Shown: positions 1 to 13,816 of the stretch, in pieces
How the letters are laid out: each line of letters begins with the position of its first letter
Numbering within the stretch: the stretch's first letter is position 1
Assembly: GCF_009914755.1 (NCBI RefSeq)
Contig: NC_060926.1
From: the human T2T-CHM13v2.0 reference genome, Homo sapiens
Strand: one strand, 5' to 3'
DNA length: 64,000 nt
The notes under the pieces: generated by a model
Databases searched by the model: none
Told to the model about the DNA's origin: nothing
The model's input: only the letters and a program-made list of their open reading frames with translations
Position numbers and translations under genes: made by a program

Positions 1-459
1 AATAAAATATAATTAACATGGAATAATATTGACCCATTTGTTACAGTTTTGACATAGGTTTAAACTCTACATAATCAATATAAAAATCATCACCATGCAA
101 TTTCCCTTACATCTTTTTGTAGTTGATCTTCGTCACCCCACTCTACCCATAGTCCCAGACGTTCATTGATGTACTTTGTTACTACAGTTTTACTTTTTAA
201 AGAATTCCATATACATAGAATACTACTGACTATTATTTACAGAGTAATGTTTTTTCTCCTCTATTCCCTCAGCAGGATGTTTTTAGGATTCATCCATGTT
301 GTTACTGTCTCCTTTTAGTAGCTCAATAGTATTCCATTTTATGGATATAGAACAGTTTGTTTACATACTTTCTTGTTGATGAACACTTGGGCTGTTTCCA
401 AGGTTTTGGCTATTAATATATTCACTATAACAATTCATATATCTATGAATGTAGGTATA

Positions 460-605
460 TGTTGAAACCAAGATCTATTTCCAAATATCAGTTGAACTTC
501 TTAATACCAGGAATGAACAAAAATTGAAATTTTAGCACCAATGTATGAAAGGATTTTTTTAGGATAAGTTTAGCAAAATATATGCAAAAGCTACTCACTG
601 TAAAC
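460..605 (+). mobile_element. Inverted L1 ORF2 fragment embedded in the antisense L1 3' UTR
   Basis: 'aaatatcagttgaacttcttaataccaggaatgaacaaaaattgaaatt...taggataagtttagcaaaatatatgcaaaagctactcactgtaaac' resembles the sense L1 ORF2 post-RT region. The reverse complement of 460-495 matches 2135-2169 at 32/36. Confidence 0.7.
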
Positions 606-1106
606 AACATACATATATTGAATGTGCATATATATATGTTCATGAGTACATATGTTTTCATTTCTCTTGGGAGAATACCCAGGAGAGGAATTTCTGTGTC
701 ATATGATATGTGAATAATTAATTTTATTTTAAAAACTCCTTTTTTTTCCATTTTCATCAGCAGTATATGACAGCTCTAGTTGATACACTCACTTTCCAAC
801 ATTTGGACTTAATCAGCTTTTTTTTTTTTAATTAGGCATTCTAAAACGTAAGTAGTGGTTTATCACTGTGATTTTAAGTTGAATTTCTCTAATGACTAAT
901 GATCTTGATAAATTTTTTATGTGCTGTTTTACCATTTGTATTCTTCTTTGGTGAAATGTCTCTACAAAGATTTTGCCTGTAAAATGAAGCTGTTTGAGTG
1001 GTGTTTTTTATATTTTCTTTATATATTTTGGGTTCAAGTTTTATTAGAAATATGTTTTCCAAATATTTTTCCCAGTAGGTGTCTTGTCTTTTTATTTTCT
1101 TGATAG

Positions 1107-1442
<336 letters not shown>

Positions 1443-1696
1443 AAAACTTTGATGAAGCCAAGTTATCAAATATTATTTTAAAATTCATGGTAATTTTGGT
1501 CTTATTTTGAACATCTTTGCTTAATGCAAAAGTATGAAAATTTCTCCAAGATTTCATGTAAAATTTATAGTTTTACCTGTCATACTTAGATCAATGATCT
1601 ATTTTGAGTTAGTGTACATGATGTGAAGTAAGGTTCAAGTTTTTTTTTTATTTTTTTAAACAAAGATATGTAACTGTTACAGCGCCATTTGTTTAA

Positions 1697-1987
<291 letters not shown>

Positions 1988-2579
1988 TGAATATACCCTA
2001 TTTTGACTTTTTAGTCAAATTTGAAATCAAGTAATATATGTCCCCCAATTTTGTTTTTCTTTTTTTCTTTTTCCATAGTTGTTTTAGTTAAGCTACATCT
2101 TTTCTATTCCCATATACATCTTAGAATCAGCTTGTCAATTGATATTTGAAAATTGATCTGGTTTCAACAGATTTGGTAACCTCATTAATTAGTTCTAGTA
2201 ACTTTTTTATCATTTGTGTATACAGACAATCTTACTTCTTACTTTCCAACCTGCATACTTTTAATTTCTTTTTCCATGCTTTTAAAACTAGATAGTGCCT
2301 TCAATAAAATGCTGACTATAAGTAATAAGAGTGGACATTCTTGCTTTATTTTCATTTTGGGGGGAAGTATTCAGTCTTTCCTCATGAGATGTGATGTTAT
2401 TAATAAGCTGTATTTTAAGGTGTCCTAAAGTTTGAGAAAATACTGTTTTATTGGCCGTTTTCTACAAATATGGTTACTGTTCTATTGGTTGGTTTTCATG
2501 CTGGGTGTGTGTTGAATTATTTTGTGAAAATTTTTTTTCTTCATCTCCTGAGATGATCATATGGTTTTCCTATTTAGCA

Positions 2580-4560
2580 ATAAAATCAAGTCTATAAAAT
2601 AAGTAGCTTTAATTATATCACATATAGAATAAGAAATTGAAAACATAAAAAAGCAAGTTAATTTGAACAGGTTGATCTTAAAAAATATGTAAATACAACG
2701 TGTGAAAATTATATTACAGTAATAAAAGTAAAAAAAAAAGAATGGTTTAAACATTATATTAGACATGGCCAAATTAGAAAACTAGAAGATGTCGAATGAA
2801 AAAAGATGAAAAATATGAAAGAGAAATTAAGAACCATGGATCCAAAATATATCTAGTAAGAATACTAGAAAGAATTAATAGAATGGAAAAGAGTCAATAT
2901 TGAAAATGCTTATGATTGAGGGTTTCCCAGAATTCTTGTGAAACATGAATTCTCAGGTTTATAAGTAAAAGAAATTTCAAGCAAGATTAATTAAAAATTA
3001 CATACTAGATACTTTGTTATGAAACTGCATTTCCTAAATGGGAAATCAACAAAACTAGGAAATGCACAAATAGTATTAGAAGTGAAAGACTCAAAACTAA
3101 AGACAAGCAATTTAATAAATCATTAAAGAATACTATTATAAATTTCTATATTGACATTTTAATATTACTAACAAGAAAATAGATTACAAATCTGAATAAC
3201 AAATGACAATTAAGACAATGGAAGTAACAGGTTAAAAACTGTTCCTTTCCAAATATCCTCCCTCCAAAACTGGCCAATAATACTCATGTGGTGTGATAGG
3301 CAGTTTTTACCAATCTTACATAAAGCATAGCAGACACTAGAAATCAAGAAACTCACTGATTCACCTAATCATTCTAGTATAAACTTGATATAAAAACAAA
3401 ACAATATCAGCGGGAAAAAGGAAAATATGTTCCAGTGTCATTCATGAACATGGATACAAAAATCTTCAACAAAATTAAAAGTGATGAGACAACTGGTTAT
3501 CAAAATAAAGAAGAAAGGAAAGCAGAAAGAAAACAGAAAGGGCAGGCAGGCAAGCTAAACTAAAATTGGATCTATCCTTATAATATACACAAACTTGAAT
3601 TGCAGTGAATTATTGACCTAATATGAAAATTAAAATATATAACAAAGTATAAGAGAAAAAATCTTTATTTTATCAGAGCAAAAGGATTTCTTAAATGAGA
3701 TGCAAAATGTAAGAGAAACAGTTGGGGAAAGCTGACAACAGTAGAAACATCTCTATCAGAAAAAGAAAACAAAATCATAAGTAACATGGAAAAAATAAAG
3801 TAGAGACTTGAGAAGACCTTCTGCAATGCATTTTGACTCTTAAAGGATTCATGTCCTGCATACATACATATATATATATATGTGTGTGTGTGTGTGTATA
3901 ATATTATATATAATAATATATAATATTAGTAAAATTTATAGCACAGCAATTCCACTTCTAATTGATATACACAAAAAAATTTTTGCACATGTGCATAAGG
4001 AACTGCTTCTATAACTTTGTTTGAAATATTGAACTAAAAGAAAATAAAAGGTAAAAAAGAAAACCTAAATGCCTATAAACAGAATATTGACTAAGCAATC
4101 CTTGTATATTCATTCTATTGACTCCTATACAGTAATTAAAATAAATGAACTTGTGCTACAGGTATTAATTTGGGTGAATAAACAAATAGTGATCAAGAAG
4201 TTCACAGTGCAGAAAGTAGAGCTATTTTATAATATTTTATAAAACAAGCAATATGATACCTTATTTTTATGGATATTTGCTATGAAATGTCCATGAAAAT
4301 ATTTATGAAAATATAAAATATTTATGAAAGCACATAAATATTTATGAAAATGATCTATACTAAATTTAGGGTTGCAGATACATCTGAAAAGGTTATAACT
4401 TTATAGAGGGCAGAGGAATACAATTAGAGGGAGTATATTTAAAAACTGAAATAATTGCAGCAAAAGTTAAATTTAGTAAAGCTGGATGGTAGGTATAGGG
4501 ATATCAATTATATTACTTTCTGTGTTTGAAATATTTACTAATTACAAAAATATAAATATA
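2580..4560 (+). mobile_element. Highly decayed L1 (L1ME-like): ORF1 remnant, ORF2 patches and 3' UTR
   Basis: ORF1-like 'tttcccagaattcttgtgaaacatgaattctcagg'; ORF2-like 'tcatgaacatggatacaaaaatcttcaacaaaat'; 3' UTR 'cagcaattccacttcta'; L1ME-type end 'tgtttgaaatatttactaattacaaaaa'. Confidence 0.7.
3858..3928. repeat. (TACA)/(TA)n/(TG)n compound microsatellite
   Basis: Directly visible. Confidence 0.9.
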
Positions 4561-5264
4561 AGAAGAAGCCTGTGGGCTTAGAAACTTGAACTGTTAACTC
4601 CTGGCAGATAAAGTTGGCAGAATTAAGGCACTTGAGTTTTCAGCTAAATGGCAAAGTAAGTTAACAGTAAGCAACTACAGACACTAGGCAGATGTTGAAG
4701 GGGCTTTCTAGGGATACCTTGCTCTCCTCTGTGGCCATAGGGATATCACTGTCCAGAGTGGTGTAGGGAGCAAGATGCACTGGCAGTGGGCAAATTCTAG
4801 GACGATTTAGAGGGACTACGTGTGAAGAGGATGGCAATACTCTTCTCCCTTTTCTGTAGCAAAGTATCTCCTGAGCTGATATTAGTAGTTAAGGGGACAT
4901 TCGACTCATGACGTGACAGCCTCTGATGCAGACTGTGAATGAGAATGCCACCAATGATCAAGGACCTGTGAAACCAAAAGGTTTTATATAGAAAAGGAAA
5001 CCGAAAGTAAGTTAAGCAGGTACCCAATATATAGATATCTTATTCTTTGATCTCTTTCTTCAAAAGGTATACTACCTTAGAGTTAGTATATTCATATGGA
5101 TAAGGAGCGTTTCACATTTATCCAGTTACTGGTTAAAGATAGAGTGCTTTAAAAGTCACATTTTAGGGATCTGGTAGGTAGAACTAAACTGAATGCAAGG
5201 TACAATGGAAGGAAGATAGAATTGAGAATCCTGTGGTCTGCATTTTCAATTATAAGGTGCACTC

Positions 5265-5400
5265 ACATCAGCAAGTCACTGCTTCTTTGAACCTCAATAT
5301 CCTCATTTGTAATAGTAAAATTATAATTGTTAATATCTGTCTCAAAGGATTACTGTGAGGTTTGAATAGCATGATGAGATATGGGCAGTAGCTCTTTACA
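5265..5400 (+). mobile_element. MIR fragment
   Basis: 'gcaagtcactgcttctttgaacctcaatatcctcatttgtaa...ctcaaaggattactgtgagg' matches the MIR core. Confidence 0.7.
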
Positions 5401-5504
5401 AGTTTTGGGTACTTTTGTTATGCCTGTTAGAAATAGAAATTTCTCCCACTTGTAAGCTGCTGATTCAGGAAAGTGTGGGTATCTCTTTCTACACCTCCAT
5501 CATT

Positions 5505-5950
5505 ATTCAGAAACTGTGGTCAGTGAGCCAGATTTTGCCTGAAACAATGTTTTGTTAATCTGGCACTTTGTTTTAAAATACTTGAATTCATTGATAACAT
5601 TTGAAATACAAAGATTTTATATAAAATTCCAGATTCAGAGCTTGTCTCGAAAATTTGGCATATTTAGCAACAGTGGGAGTCCATTCCTTTCAGACCTGAT
5701 ATAAATTCTTATACTACACATGGTATTAGAGCTCTGGGGCCAGGACTTTCCAGGAAGTGGGCTTGGCTCTCAGAGCTATGAATCGACAATCATCAGCTCC
5801 CAGCTTCTTTGAAAAAACAGGTTTGGTGACTAGGTTGCCAATCCTGTGTGAAAGCAAATAAACTAGAGCTGAGTAGTTAGCATGGATCGTTCCCAGATTC
5901 TCTATTGTCTATATTTTGTCTTCTTTAAACGTATTACTTTAGCCCATGTA
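5505..5950. mobile_element. MER102-like hAT-Charlie DNA transposon remnant
   Basis: 'ttgaattcattgataacatttgaaatacaaagattttatataaaattccagatt...gaaaatttggcatatttagcaacagtggg' and 'ctagagctgagtag' resemble the MER102 consensus as I recall it. Confidence 0.6.
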
Positions 5951-5954
5951 GATT

Positions 5955-6325
5955 ACATTATTGTTCAAAATATTTGTTAAACCCCTCCCTATTGCAGGAT
6001 TGTTTCTGCCCAACTCATTGACATCAAGCTTGGCCACATAACTTGCTTTGGCTAATGAACTGGGAAATATACCACATCTAAGCAGAAGCAGTAAGAGCCA
6101 TCATGTAAATCTGCCTTCTGTATTTTTCCCTCAGCCAAGGGATCAGGATTTCCCCAGATGGGGGATGATCTTCTAGTCTATTCTCAGAACAAAGATAATA
6201 CAAAGCAGTGCTGAAACAGACTCATGACGTGCATGTAGCATGAGCCAAAAGTGATTGTTATTGTGAGCCTCTGAGACTTTGGTATCATTTTCCATCACAG
6301 CAGAACTTAGCCTAAGCTAACCCAT
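5955..6325 (+). mobile_element. MaLR solo LTR (MLT1H/I/J group)
   Basis: 'gcttggccacataacttgctttggctaatgaa', 'tgtagcatgagc...ttgtgagcctctgagactttgg...cacagcagaacttagcctaagctaac'. Confidence 0.8.
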
Positions 6326-6544
6326 GCATCTTTTCAGCTCCTTTGGCATTTTATTTTGTCAGCCATCAGCAGCAATCTCCTGCCTGCCTAAAAAGAAGGA
6401 GCATTTGATCCAGTGATCTGAACCTGATTTTTTTTTAAGAAAGGGAAGTGAATAGAACAAGATAGAAATATCCACTTGTTATGTAAAATGGTATAAATAT
6501 TTCCTCCTTAGTTTGTCATCTAGAGTAAATTGAATGTAAATTAA

Positions 6545-6700
6545 TATTAACTGAAGTCTCACCATGTACCAGGTATTTTTCATACTTTACCTCATTTAAA
6601 CCACCAGCATTACTTAAATGTATAGTTACTGCTTTCCCCAGTTTTCAAATAAGTAAATTGAGGCTCAGAAATTTAAATAACTGGCAGTGACTATAATTTG
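6545..6700 (-). mobile_element. MIR fragment
   Basis: 'ccccagttttcaaataagtaaattgaggctcagaaatttaaataact'. Confidence 0.7.
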
Positions 6701-7775
6701 AATGGATATATTTTTTGGTCCAAAATTTATGTTTTTTTTTTCTAAACTCATTCCATTATTAAATTGTGGATTCTAGGAAGTCTTATTCAAAAAGCTCTAC
6801 ATAATAATATGGTAGCATTTTTGAGTAGAAATAGTAATTCCTTCATGAATCTGGGATATCACATGATAAAATTTATTTTTTTCCCTCCTGGAACAAAGAT
6901 AAATACTATGTATAGGAAAATATGGTGGCTCTCTCTTTTTTTATAATGCTGCATATTATCTGTAAAAGAATTAACAATTTAGAGAACTATGCTTTGTTTT
7001 TAGATTATGACCTTTTTATGTTTTTATAACAATTTTTAATGAGAAATTATAGTGATCATAGATGTTAATTTTATGTAATGTCTTCATCTGCAAGCACTAA
7101 AGCGACATGGTGTCAGCTCTCACTTTTTGTCGATATTGCGTTTTTCCTGCCCATATATGATGGGATGTATTTTGAAACATTATGCTGTTTTTTTCCACCA
7201 TGATTCTCTTCAACATGAAAGCCCTTCCTCCCAGAAAGATAGTGTGGCACTCCTTGCCTTAGGTACAGATTTTTAAACAAAAATTGAGTGTTTTGTGTTT
7301 CAAAATGGACTTTTCAAACTCATGGCATAAATCATTGGAGAGCATTTTTTTTTTTAATTTCAAAACCATGGCTTTAAATATTAAAAGCCAGAGCTCAGTA
7401 GGACTCAATACATGAAGTTTATACCATAAAGCATAGTCATAGAAAAACATCTGATTACTTGACAGTGATTTTTCTTGCCAATCCTTTTAACATATGAAAA
7501 TAGGGACTGGAGAGAGTGGTGTTAAAGGAAAGGAATCACAAATGAAAGCAACAAACTTAGATGTTGATGGGAGTCTTTGAAAAGAAATTTTGAATCCTGT
7601 TTCTTATTCTGCCTTGCATCCAAGCCTAGTAATCTGGTGATCTAAAAGCCAGCAGAACCTGTCTCTTCCTCCCTGGGACACGACAAGGCTTACAGTAAGT
7701 TTCACAGGATGTGAAAAAGTAAGCAATGGCTATGATCTGTCTAGACATGCAAGACACACTGCTCACCAATCACTT

Positions 7776-8522
7776 TGAAACTGCCTTTGGAGAATTATAA
7801 GTAATGAGAGAAATCTAATATGAGTGACTCCATCTTGCTTCTAATCTCAGAAGCTGAATTTGTTTTTGGTTACTCTAGTATGAAGGCCAAGAAAGCTATG
7901 AGAGGAATTCACTTCATAAACTCTGAGGCAAAGGAAATTGAACCCTCTCCTTGTTCGGAGAGTGAAGCCACATTCACATGACAAGGTTAAAATTATAATA
8001 GGAGCTTGAATCCTGCTAAAGAATAAGCATAGTTAAAAAATAACCTGCCATTGCTTTGCTTGCTTTCCTATAAGTTGCTTATGGCACCAGAGTCACATAA
8101 CCAGAAGTGACAAGATTTATAACTTCCCCAACTACTCCTATAGATAATGTCACTATTGCAAACTTTAAAGAATTGGCCCTTGAGGTATTTTGCAGATTTA
8201 GTATTTTGGTAAACCTTCTACCTTGTCCTGAAACCTCCTCCTGGGAAGTGGCTCAAACTGTGCTAAGACAGTTTAGACATTTCTGTGATTTCATCCCCAG
8301 CCAAATATTTTAGTTCCCCAGTTCCTCAGCCTTCTGCTCACAAAATTACCCTTAAAAAGCCTAATCTCCAAATTCTTAGGGAGGCAGATTTGAGAAATAC
8401 CTCTTATCCTTCACTCGGGTGGCCATGCGATTATTAAACTCTTTCTTTATTACAATACTTGCTGTTCTCAGTGCATTGGCTTTTCTGAGCAATGGGCAAG
8501 AACAGCCCGTCAAGCTGTGACA
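7776..8522 (+). mobile_element. ERV1-class solo LTR (LTR26/LTR8 group)
   Basis: Starts 'tgaaactgcctttg...gagagaaatctaa...gactccatcttgcttcta', has 'attaaactctttc' polyA signal and ends '...gtgaca' (TG...CA). Flanks actt/attt are a degenerate 4-bp TSD. Confidence 0.85.
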
Positions 8523-10430
8523 ATTTTACACACATAATATGCTCCTTGAGAAGGGCTTAGAGTTAGCTGAGAGAAGGCCAGCAGAGCCTCATGGTCAAGA
8601 TAATTGAATGTTGAAGTACTTGTATGGGCCAATGACTTGACCATGAATGGAATGGACAGTTTAGGTAATGTCTGGTGGAACTGATGTTGATGATGAATAA
8701 TAATACATATAATAAAAAATCAGTGAATGCTTTTCCTGTTAACTGATGCCAACCTGGCCAGGTGGTGAGGACTCAGGACTAGGTCTTTCTCCCTGAGTCC
8801 ACTGGCAAACCTGCAAGGAGAAGAGAAGGATTGGCACACTGACTAAAAATCCTGTTTGGACTAAGAAAACTTCTCATGCAATGAGTTGCTTTTTGAATAG
8901 AATGGAATCCCATAACCAAAATTAAATGTGATTATAGAAAAATAACTGAAATTAAAGTTATGTTTTTGCATGTATTATTTTAAGAACTCTAAATTTTTCA
9001 CTCATTACAAAGGAGCTTCAAAAATCTGGAAACCTGTGGATGTTGATGCCTTTGTGATTCCCATCAGATATGATTTACATCAAAATAGTGCCTTTTAAGG
9101 AAGAGTGTTTTGTATAAGAAATGACTGAAGGTGATTTGCTTTTATAAAGCAAAAGTGAGAGATTATAGATTGAGGATGATGTTGCTGATTGGAAATTACC
9201 CCAAAGGTAAATGATTCATTGTGGCTAAGGGACATTCATACAGCTCACCTATTATAGGTGATGTGATGCCTTCTAATAACAGGGATTGCTGCAATTTATG
9301 AGGTGACCAAAGTCACAAAAGGACAAATGGGTGTTGGACTGTTGTAATGGTTAATCAGAGGAAGATAGAGAGCATCAAGCAGTACCCTCAGAATTTGAAG
9401 AATGACAGCAAGAGGCAATGGAACTTTCTAAAGAAAATGAACCCACTGTAAGGCCACTTCTGTAAGATTATGTAGTTATCTTTACTGTGGTTCTGCACAA
9501 TGACTAGCAATTAAACCCTTAAAAAATAACTTTTTTTTTCCTGAGGATTCAGCAACTAAAGTAGCTTTACTGGGGAAGTATATTCTTTTTATTACCCAAT
9601 TATATTCATAGATCGAGGCACCTAAAATAAACAAAAACAAAGTAAGGACTATGGTTCTGGAAATAACACACTCCAAACTCTAACTAAGAGAGAAAGAAAA
9701 TCTCAAAAAAGACTGAGATTTTGATCTTCTCCTAAACTCTAAGAGGATCATGTGTACAACTTCTCAGTGAAGCATGAAGCCCATTTCCACCTGCTTACAG
9801 AAAGGGTAGTTCCAAGCACCTCTGGGGCTAGTGATCCTGGTCTGTATGAGTTGGCTTTCTCTGCCTTGAGTTAAATGGGGGCCAAGAGCAGTAGGTAAGG
9901 GCTCGTAAGCTCTAAGAGAAGCAGCTGCTAATGGGTTCAGAGAGGACCCTGTTCATGCTTATAGATCAGAAGAGAGAGAGTAGCCTTGCAAAACACAAGG
10001 CCAGAAGGAGCCTTGTGTTTTCAGAAAGAGGACAGGAGACATGGAGACCAAGGCAGAGTGACAGTGAGAGTATTCCAGTATTCCAAGCATTCTCAGAAAT
10101 ATTTGAGGAAAGAGTCAAGGTTCTGCTATCATTTGGGTGCAAGATAAAATATAGAACTTTAGCTATATATATTGAAATAAATAAGACCCCTCTTAAGGAA
10201 TATATATGCAAGAAGACTAAAATAAGGCCTTCCAAATCACATATTGTATTTCAGGAAAATTATATTAATGACTAATAGACAAAAATAATAATGTTCAAAG
10301 TAAATCACAAACACTTTACTGAGTCCAAAACAATTTTGGTTTCTCCACTATTAAGTACAGTCCCCTGCTGTAAGGTAAAGTGGGCCAAGCACAGGATGAT
10401 ACAGCCTGGCATTTGAAAATAGTTGTGAAA

Positions 10431-10738
10431 GGCTGGGTGTGGTAGCTCACGCCTGTAATCCCAGCACTTTGGGAGGTAGAGGTGGGTGGATCACTTGAGG
10501 TCAGGGGTGGGAGAGCAACCTGGCTAACATGGTGAAATCCCATCTCTACTAAAAATACAAAAATTAGCCACGTATGGTGGCGCATGCCTATAATCCCAGC
10601 TACTCTGGAAGCTGAGGCAGGAGAATCACTTGAAACGGGAGGCAGAGGTTGCAGTGAGCTGAGATCACACCACTGCACTCCAGCCTGGGCGGCAGAGAGA
10701 GGAAGACTTCATATCAAAAAAAAAAAAAAAAAAAAAAA
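10431..10738 (+). mobile_element. AluS (Sz/Sx-like), full length
   Basis: Full dimer with polyA tail. TSD agttgtgaaa at 10421-10430 and 10739-10748. Confidence 0.95.
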
Positions 10739-11299
10739 AGTTGTGAAAAAAGAACAGCTCTACTTTTTGCTACAACAAGATAGAATCTTTCTGTGTAAGT
10801 TTCTTTTAAAAATTCTAATCTTAAAAGATAATAGTCAAGTCATTGGTCATGTTCTGATGATATGTGTGTGTGCATATATATATGTGTGTATGTATATACA
10901 CATGAATGTCCTGTTACTCCTTGCATGCAAAGACCCTACTCCCTCTGTGTATAACTGCCATTGAGTAAGCTCATGACGACCTACCCTTGTTGACTACCAA
11001 GAAGTCTCTGCCAGAGTTCTTCAGCACAGAGGAGCATAGCCCTTATACATTAAGATCGTCACTGCCCTAATTTGACATTTTTCAAAAGACAAGTTCACCT
11101 TGGTGGTTTCATTTAATCAGGGTTCTCCAGAACTTGCTGACAGAGGCTTTCAGACTCAGTCAGGAGGTACAGCTTCATATTGAATGTTGCCTAATCTGAC
11201 CTACTTCTTCCCAGAAAACAAGAGACCCACAGGAAACACTGGAACTGAGTTGATGCTGATAGAGCACATTGGACAAAAGCTCAAAAAAAGAAAATCAGT

Positions 11300-11455
11300 G
11301 TGTTTGTCCTTTATTCTGGTATCTGTCTGGCTGTTAAGCAATTTCTTATCCTTACTGAGATTAATCCATAAAATTGGCTAACACCTACTTCATCTGGGCT
11401 CCTTGGAGGATAACTAAAAGAAATAAATATAAAACAGCATTTAATACATTGTAAT
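11300..11455 (+). mobile_element. MIR fragment
   Basis: 'ataaaattggctaacacctacttcatctgggctccttggaggataactaaaagaaataaatataaaacagcattt'. Confidence 0.5.
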
Positions 11456-11549
11456 TGGAATCTCTCTCTTGAGAGCTCGACAATAAAGTTGCCTATATGC
11501 CTCCACCCATATCCATGCTAAACTCTGTTGCAGTTTATGTTTTTTATAG

Positions 11550-12430
11550 GCAGGGCATCATTTTCATGAAGTCTAAGTCAGACTCAGCCTAATTTCTAGT
11601 TCATGATCCTTCCGCACTGGATCCCCACTCTGACACACCTGCTCTGCTTCTTCTTCAGTGTGCTAATCACAACCTGTGCGGGAGCTCAACTTCTCCTGAG
11701 TTCCCCTTGCCTACTGTCATTCAGGCCCTTCTGAAATACTGATGCCCATCTTCTTTGGGAGCCTCAGATGCCCCCTGTGTGCCCCATATCTTATAAATGA
11801 GCTTCTGCCTTGGTGCCCATTTTCAATTACTTTTCTCAAAACCTCCCTTGTATGCCTGTTCTACTCTTACTCTAACTTTCCTTCTCACTATATTCACCCT
11901 AGTCTTGAGGGCTAGGAACACCATGCTTCAAATTCCTGCTAAATGGCCAAGGACTACCTCCCAGCTGATGTTATTCCTAATGTCAACTGTCTACTCTCAT
12001 TTCTGATTGTTGTCGCCATGGATTCTTAGATACCTCATCTGACACATTGCCAGCCACCCCACCTGAATGTTCTTTGTTTTTGCCTTATCACTGGGGCACC
12101 ATGTCTTTTCTACCTGCTGGTTTTGCACCTCTACTAACTGCTTCCATATCCACACCAGTGGGAACCATGCTGAGCTGTTGCTGGCCTCTGGAATACATTG
12201 CTCCAGGTCCTACATGGGGCCCAGTCATCAGGTGAACCTCCCCAGGATTTTTCTGTCTCCCTTAGAGGCTGGGACCTGCAGTGAGCCATCCCAGGCCAGG
12301 CATGTTCCTGAGTGAGACCTGATCATTGGGAGGGTCTCCTCAAAATATTTCCATGTAGCTTGGTCTGGCCATAGGGGTGGTTAGAGTCCCAGGCCCCATA
12401 ATATTCCTCCTATCTGATTCTACTATGAGA
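11550..12430 (-). mobile_element. Decayed class-III endogenous retrovirus (ERVL/ERV3-16A3-type) gag-like internal sequence
   Basis: Higher GC than the surroundings. Minus-strand translation across stops and frameshifts gives 'DDWAPCRTW', 'IQVGWLAMCQMRYLR' and 'EWGSSAEG', reminiscent of ERVL gag motifs (WGP..W, VGWL, WD.GA.GI). Confidence 0.4.
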
Positions 12431-13816
12431 AATACAAGGTCAATAGCCACATTGAAAGATATGATCATTCAGACCTAGTAAGAAAAGACACATCAATGAG
12501 ATATGGATATTAGGATGGCAGTACATGAATGAGCAGGGCTGGGTATTGATTGAGTCCAAGTTATTACTCATTAAAGCACTGTAAATGGGGAGAATTAATT
12601 GGATTGCAGAAACTAATCCAAATAAGAGGAGCCAAGTAGTTCACAGACCAGTGCCCCAAGAGGCCACTATGTCAGAAGTAACAGACAGGTGTGACATGTC
12701 AGTACCTGGGGTGGTTCTAGTTCCATGCCTGGTACTTAAAAGCACTGATGAATCAGTGAAAGATGATAATGTTAAGTTATCATTGCTCAGGTAAAACCAT
12801 CCTTTTGTGTCAGGACCCGAGCCAGGAGGTGGACACCAGGTATGTATGTGTTGGAATAAGGTGGGGTGAAGAAAAAGTAGGAGTCAAATATTCAAAGGAG
12901 GCAAAGACTTAATACAAAAATGGGTCTGGAGCAATGTCCTAGTCTTAGGTAAACCTGAGGCATTAGGCAGCTAATAAAGCAGGTATTGTCTAGGAGTTAG
13001 GAAGCATTGTGAGTGAAAGGCCAAAGTGAGCCCACGGCTTCTTCCAGGCACAACAGGCACTGACAAGTTTGGTAACTCAGGTGGCTTCCAATCAGCACCA
13101 GATGGGAGTGGGTGGGTAGGCTGACCTGCCTCAAAGACTGGAGGGAAGTGAGTTTGTGTCTGCAGGCAAGATTCAGGAGTACATCGAATTAAAGAGAAAG
13201 GCACAGAATACAGAAAACTTTATTACAGTCATACCGTGCTCAACAACGGTAATGATGTTTCAATAGAAATCAAATTTGAATCCTGAGACTGGTGTACTCA
13301 GCCTGTCAATCTTACAGCAGGTCCAAGTTCTCTTAATTCCTGGCCAGATCTTCAACAGTTACCTTCCACTCTACATCAGGGAATGCCATCTAATAACACT
13401 CCTTGAACTTTCTGCTCTTTCCATCTCTGTGACTTTGCTCTAGTCCCTCAACTGCAATTTCCTTTCCTCTTCCCATTACCATTCCAGGCCCTGCCAAGTC
13501 ATTGGAAATGCTATGGATCTTATGGTCAGTGTGTACCTCTAAAGTACTTTTTCGGACTTTCTGGGTTTGGTAGTTTTCTCTATGTGGGTTTGTTGTCATC
13601 TCAAGGACTTGGATTTTTCCTAGTGTTTATTAGGAGTTCTCTATGAATCTTGATTCAAAAATCTTGCTATGATATAGGCTTCAGAAATACATGATAATTG
13701 ACTAACTGTTATGCAGATCCAGATACAACTTAACCTAGTCTTCTAAGTATAAAATTAAAGCCATGCTTTGGAGAGGGGTATTTAGTTTCATGTCATGGCA
13801 TAGTGATATGCTAGCA

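Noticed and set aside
4903-6231. Exact 13-mer gactcatgacgtg (AP-1/CRE-like) at 4903 and 6219
   Set aside because: Tens of exact 13-mer pairs are expected by chance in 64 kb, and one copy lies inside an MLT1 LTR.
9931-10275. 114-aa ATG ORF with an antisense 89-aa ORF
   Set aside because: It has no recognisable domain, splice context or compositional signature, and its length is compatible with chance.
10316-10964. 120-126 aa ORFs, and similar ORFs at 1312, 1781, 17272, 28124, 46052, 51948 and 58884
   Set aside because: They are Alu-derived frames.
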